From Dehalococcoidia bacterium (GTDB lineage Bacteria > Chloroflexota > Dehalococcoidia > Bin125): 64,000 bases of DNA. The stretch spans positions 448,001 to 512,000 of the forward strand of contig CAXXNO010000004.1 in assembly GCA_963663235.2 (NCBI GenBank). The letters are read 5' to 3'. Under the pieces are notes generated by a model. That model did no database searches. It saw only the letters and a list, made by a program, of their open reading frames with translations, and had not been told where the DNA came from. Both the position numbers and the translations under genes were made by a program. Of the stretch, positions 61,328 through 64,000 are shown piece after piece; position 1 is the first letter of the stretch; every line of letters starts with the position of its first letter.

Positions 61328-61364
61328 TTACGAAGCAGCTGCTCTACCTCTGAGCGACACCGGC
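61328..61364 (-). repeat. Displaced 5' half of tRNA-Thr (att site)
   Basis: ttacgaagcagctgctctacctctgagcgacaccggc versus ttacgaaacagctgctctacctctgagctacaccggc. Confidence 0.9.
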
Positions 61365-61402
61365 TTGTGCTCCCTGAGTAGACGGGCGGCTCCGCCGGCG
61401 CT

Positions 61403-62347
61403 TCAGGACTGATCGACCAGTGGGATCAAGACGCTCGGGGCCTGGGGGCCGCGGCCCGGCACTTGGCTCTCGGCGTGGTACGAGGAGCGCACCAACGGAC
61501 CCGCTTCCACGTGCCGGAAACCGAGCGTCCGTGCCTCCCGAGCGATGGCGTCGAACTCCTCGGGAGGGAGGTAGCGGTCGACCGGGAGGTGCTTGGAGCT
61601 GGGGCGCAGGTACTGCCCCACGGTGAGCACGTCACAATCGACGCCGTGCAGGTCGCGGAGCACGTCCCGGATCTCATCGCGCGTTTCGCCCAAGCCCACC
61701 ATCAGGCCGCTCTTGGTGACGGGCCGGGGCCGCCAGGCCGCCGCCCGTTGCAGCAGATCGAGCGTGCGCTCGTAGCGTCCTTTGTGCCGCGCTTTGGGAT
61801 ACAGCCGCGGGACCGTCTCGGTGTTGTGGTTGAGGACATCGGGGCGCATCGTCAGCACCGCCGCCAACGCGCTCCAGTTTCCTTCGAAGTCGGGGATCAG
61901 GACCTCGATGTTGGTGCCGGGCGAAATCCGCCGGATCCAGCGGATGGTGTGCGCGAAGATCTCCGCGCCGCCGTCCGGCAGATCGTCGCGGTTGACCGAT
62001 GTGATCACCGCGTGTCGCAGACCCATGCGCTGCACGGCCAGAGCCACGCGCCGAGGCTCGTCGCGGTCCAGGCCCTGCGGCCGGCCGCTGGTCACCTGGC
62101 AGTAGCCACAGGCGCGGGTGCATACATTGCCCAGGATCATGAACGTGGCGGTGCCGCGGTTCCAACATTCGCCGATGTTGGGGCAGTGCGCTTCCTCGCA
62201 GACCGTGTGCAGATCGCTCTCGCGCATGAGCGATTCCAGCCGGCGGTAGCCCGTCCCCCCCGGCAGGCGCACCTTGAGCCAGGGAGGCTTGGCGCCGGCG
62301 GGATTGGGCCGCATCGGCCGGACGGTTGTGGTCTGCTCCGCCGTCAT
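61403..62347 (-). CDS. lipA: Lipoyl synthase
   Basis: VCEEAHCPNIGECW, CTRACGYC, NHNTETV, GQYLRP, LVRSSY. Confidence 0.97.
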   Translation of the reverse strand: MTAEQTTTVRPMRPNPAGAKPPWLKVRLPGGTGYRRLESLMRESDLHTVCEEAHCPNIGECWNRGTATFMILGNVCTRACGYCQVTSGRPQGLDRDEPRRVALAVQRMGLRHAVITSVNRDDLPDGGAEIFAHTIRWIRRISPGTNIEVLIPDFEGNWSALAAVLTMRPDVLNHNTETVPRLYPKARHKGRYERTLDLLQRAAAWRPRPVTKSGLMVGLGETRDEIRDVLRDLHGVDCDVLTVGQYLRPSSKHLPVDRYLPPEEFDAIAREARTLGFRHVEAGPLVRSSYHAESQVPGRGPQAPSVLIPLVDQS

Positions 62348-62432
62348 CGCCAGCGATGGTAGCAGGCGCCGGAGCGCTATCGCGTCGGGTTGCGTCGCGG
62401 GAGGTGCGGCATCGCGGTATGGTGAGGTTCCG

Positions 62433-63095
62433 ATGTATCGCGTGACGATCGTCTCGGCCGACCGGGCGCTGACGGAAAATCTGCGGCAGCCGCTGCGCGC
62501 CGCCGGCTACGACGTTGTGGTCTGGTCCGGCGCCGAGGAGGTGGAGCCGGACCCCGCCGCCGCTCCCGACATCCTGGCGCTCGACTGGCGGGACCAGGCC
62601 GCGCCGGCGCGATCGCCGTTCGCCGAGGCGTGGCCCAACGCCCTCGTTCTGGCCGTGGTGACGCCGTCGCAGCTCGCGGATCTCGACCCGGCGCAGGTGG
62701 TCGAGGATTTCATCGTGCCGCCGGTGCACCCCGAGGAGTTCGTAGCGCGGGTCCGGCAGGCGCTGTGGCGGAGTCGCGGGGCGAAGCCGCAGAACCTGCT
62801 CGTCGCGGGCGGCCTGTCGCTGGACCTCGCCAGTTATCAGGTGTCGGCGGCCGGCCGGCCGATCACCCTGACGTATAAGGAGTACGAGCTCCTGCGCTTC
62901 CTCATGACCCACGCCGGCACGGTGTTCAAGCGGGATACGCTGCTCAATCGCGTCTGGGGCTACGACTATTACGGCGGCGGGCGGACGGTGGACGTGCACA
63001 TCCGCCGTCTGCGCAGCAAGCTGCCGCCCACCTCCGCTGGGTACATCGAGACCGTGCGCAACGTCGGCTATCGGTTCGCGCAGCCGCTGCGCTAG
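62433..63095 (+). CDS. OmpR-family winged-helix regulator with an atypical (GlnR-like) receiver domain
   Basis: LTYKEYELL.FL, VWGYDYYGGGRTVDVHIRRLRSKL, IETVRNVGY. Confidence 0.88.
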   Translation: MYRVTIVSADRALTENLRQPLRAAGYDVVVWSGAEEVEPDPAAAPDILALDWRDQAAPARSPFAEAWPNALVLAVVTPSQLADLDPAQVVEDFIVPPVHPEEFVARVRQALWRSRGAKPQNLLVAGGLSLDLASYQVSAAGRPITLTYKEYELLRFLMTHAGTVFKRDTLLNRVWGYDYYGGGRTVDVHIRRLRSKLPPTSAGYIETVRNVGYRFAQPLR

Positions 63096-63097
63096 CG

Positions 63098-64000
63098 ATG
63101 CCGACCCTCCCGCGCACCGTTGCGGTCGCGCTGCTGAGTACGGTGACCGCGCTCCTGCTCGCTGCCTGTGGCGGCGATGGCGACGGCGACGAGACGCGCA
63201 GCGCCGGGCTGCCCAACTCCGTCCCGCTCGACCGCGTCTTCGCGCCGGCCATCGACGGCCGCCGGATCGTCGCGGCCGAGGCCGTGCCGGCCGGCGCCGC
63301 CTTTGCCGGCTACGAGCGCGCCGATGGCAGCCCCTGGGCGCCGGACGACTTGGCCGCGGAGGTCGGCCTCCAGGAGATCTTTCGCGTGATCTACATCGAC
63401 GCCGACGCGGCCCAGGTCGTGCAGGTTGCCGTCGCTCGGCTGGACGGCGAGGCGGGAGCCGTCCGCCTCCTCGGCGTCACGCGGTCGCAGCCGTTGGACC
63501 AGGGCGAATCGGAAGTCGCCCCGCCCGCTCCCTTCGGCCAAGACGCCGCCGCCGCCACGCTGCTGGACCCGGAAGCGGGGACGGATGCGCTCTCGCTGCT
63601 GCAGGGGCTCCGCGGCGCGAACGTTGCCGTGCTTGAGGGCAACGTGGTGCTGCGCGTCACCGTGGTCGGCTCGTTCGAATCGAATCAGTCCGCTCTGGCC
63701 GCCGCCGGCGGGATCGCGGAGGTCCAGATCGGGCTGCTTGCGGACGCGCGCGCCGGGCGCCTGCAGGAGCGGGTCGGCCGCCCCTTCCCGACGCTTGAGC
63801 CGGACGCCGCCGCGGAGATCCTCGGGACGCCGCCCGAGGGGTTCCGGGCGCGGCCGGTGGAGATCGACGAGGACGGTGGCCTCTCCGTCCAGTACATCGC
63901 GCCGTTGGGGGCGTTCGTGAGCGTGACCCTGCGCCTGGCCGATGACCCCATCGAGGCGCTGGGCATCGGTCTTTTGCTCTCCCGCTCCGGGGGTGCAACC
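63098..64000 (+). CDS. Lipoprotein of unknown function, 3'-truncated by the window edge
   Basis: MPTLPRTVAVALLSTVTALLLAAC lipobox; frame stays open to the end of the window. Confidence 0.75.
   Translation, partial: MPTLPRTVAVALLSTVTALLLAACGGDGDGDETRSAGLPNSVPLDRVFAPAIDGRRIVAAEAVPAGAAFAGYERADGSPWAPDDLAAEVGLQEIFRVIYIDADAAQVVQVAVARLDGEAGAVRLLGVTRSQPLDQGESEVAPPAPFGQDAAAATLLDPEAGTDALSLLQGLRGANVAVLEGNVVLRVTVVGSFESNQSALAAAGGIAEVQIGLLADARAGRLQERVGRPFPTLEPDAAAEILGTPPEGFRARPVEIDEDGGLSVQYIAPLGAFVSVTLRLADDPIEALGIGLLLSRSGGAT

Larger units (their letters stand above)
58247..61364. mobile_element. Decayed tRNA-Thr-integrated genomic island (~3.1 kb)
   Basis: 37-bp direct repeats at 58247-58283 and 61328-61364 (2 mismatches), an integrase remnant, and TGACAGCA repeats at both ends. 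Confidence 0.85.

Noticed and set aside
61328-61364. Second or split tRNA gene
   Set aside because: Only the 5' half is present, with two mismatches; it is explained as an att remnant.

Overview
GC-rich bacterial window. Gene content (tad genes, expanded LLM and hydantoinase families, FBP aldolase/phosphatase, TAT lipoprotein solute-binding protein) suggests Chloroflexota of the Dehalococcoidia/SAR202/Tepidiformia type, which is an inference. From left to right: the end of a tad pilus locus; two paralogous ECF sigma factors flanking a putative anti-sigma with a duplicated N-terminal domain; a PAS-GGDEF-EAL protein; three hydantoinase-B subunits with no A subunit, plus a 27-aa relic of a fourth; PrpF/lyase/TcuA genes; a cobalamin-riboswitch btuFCD-cobA-cobQ operon; a BVMO; an 11-kb cluster in which two DUF1989 pairs bracket an asymmetric peptide-type ABC importer and a triple-domain Rid protein; a decayed 3-kb island integrated at the anticodon loop of tRNA-Thr(CGT) that duplicates the 5' half of the tRNA; lipA; and an atypical OmpR-type regulator. 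The best candidates for undescribed biology are (1) a ~75-aa 'GWNLVGW...F.WDA..Q.Y..Y.P...L..L..G.A.W' module shared by four unrelated exported proteins, a possible envelope-anchoring tag; (2) the DUF1989/Rid/ABC catabolic cluster; and (3) the two-sigma, one-anti-sigma switch. Four genes carry single-base deletions in homopolymers, most likely long-read errors. All calls come from motif recognition by eye; no database searches were run.
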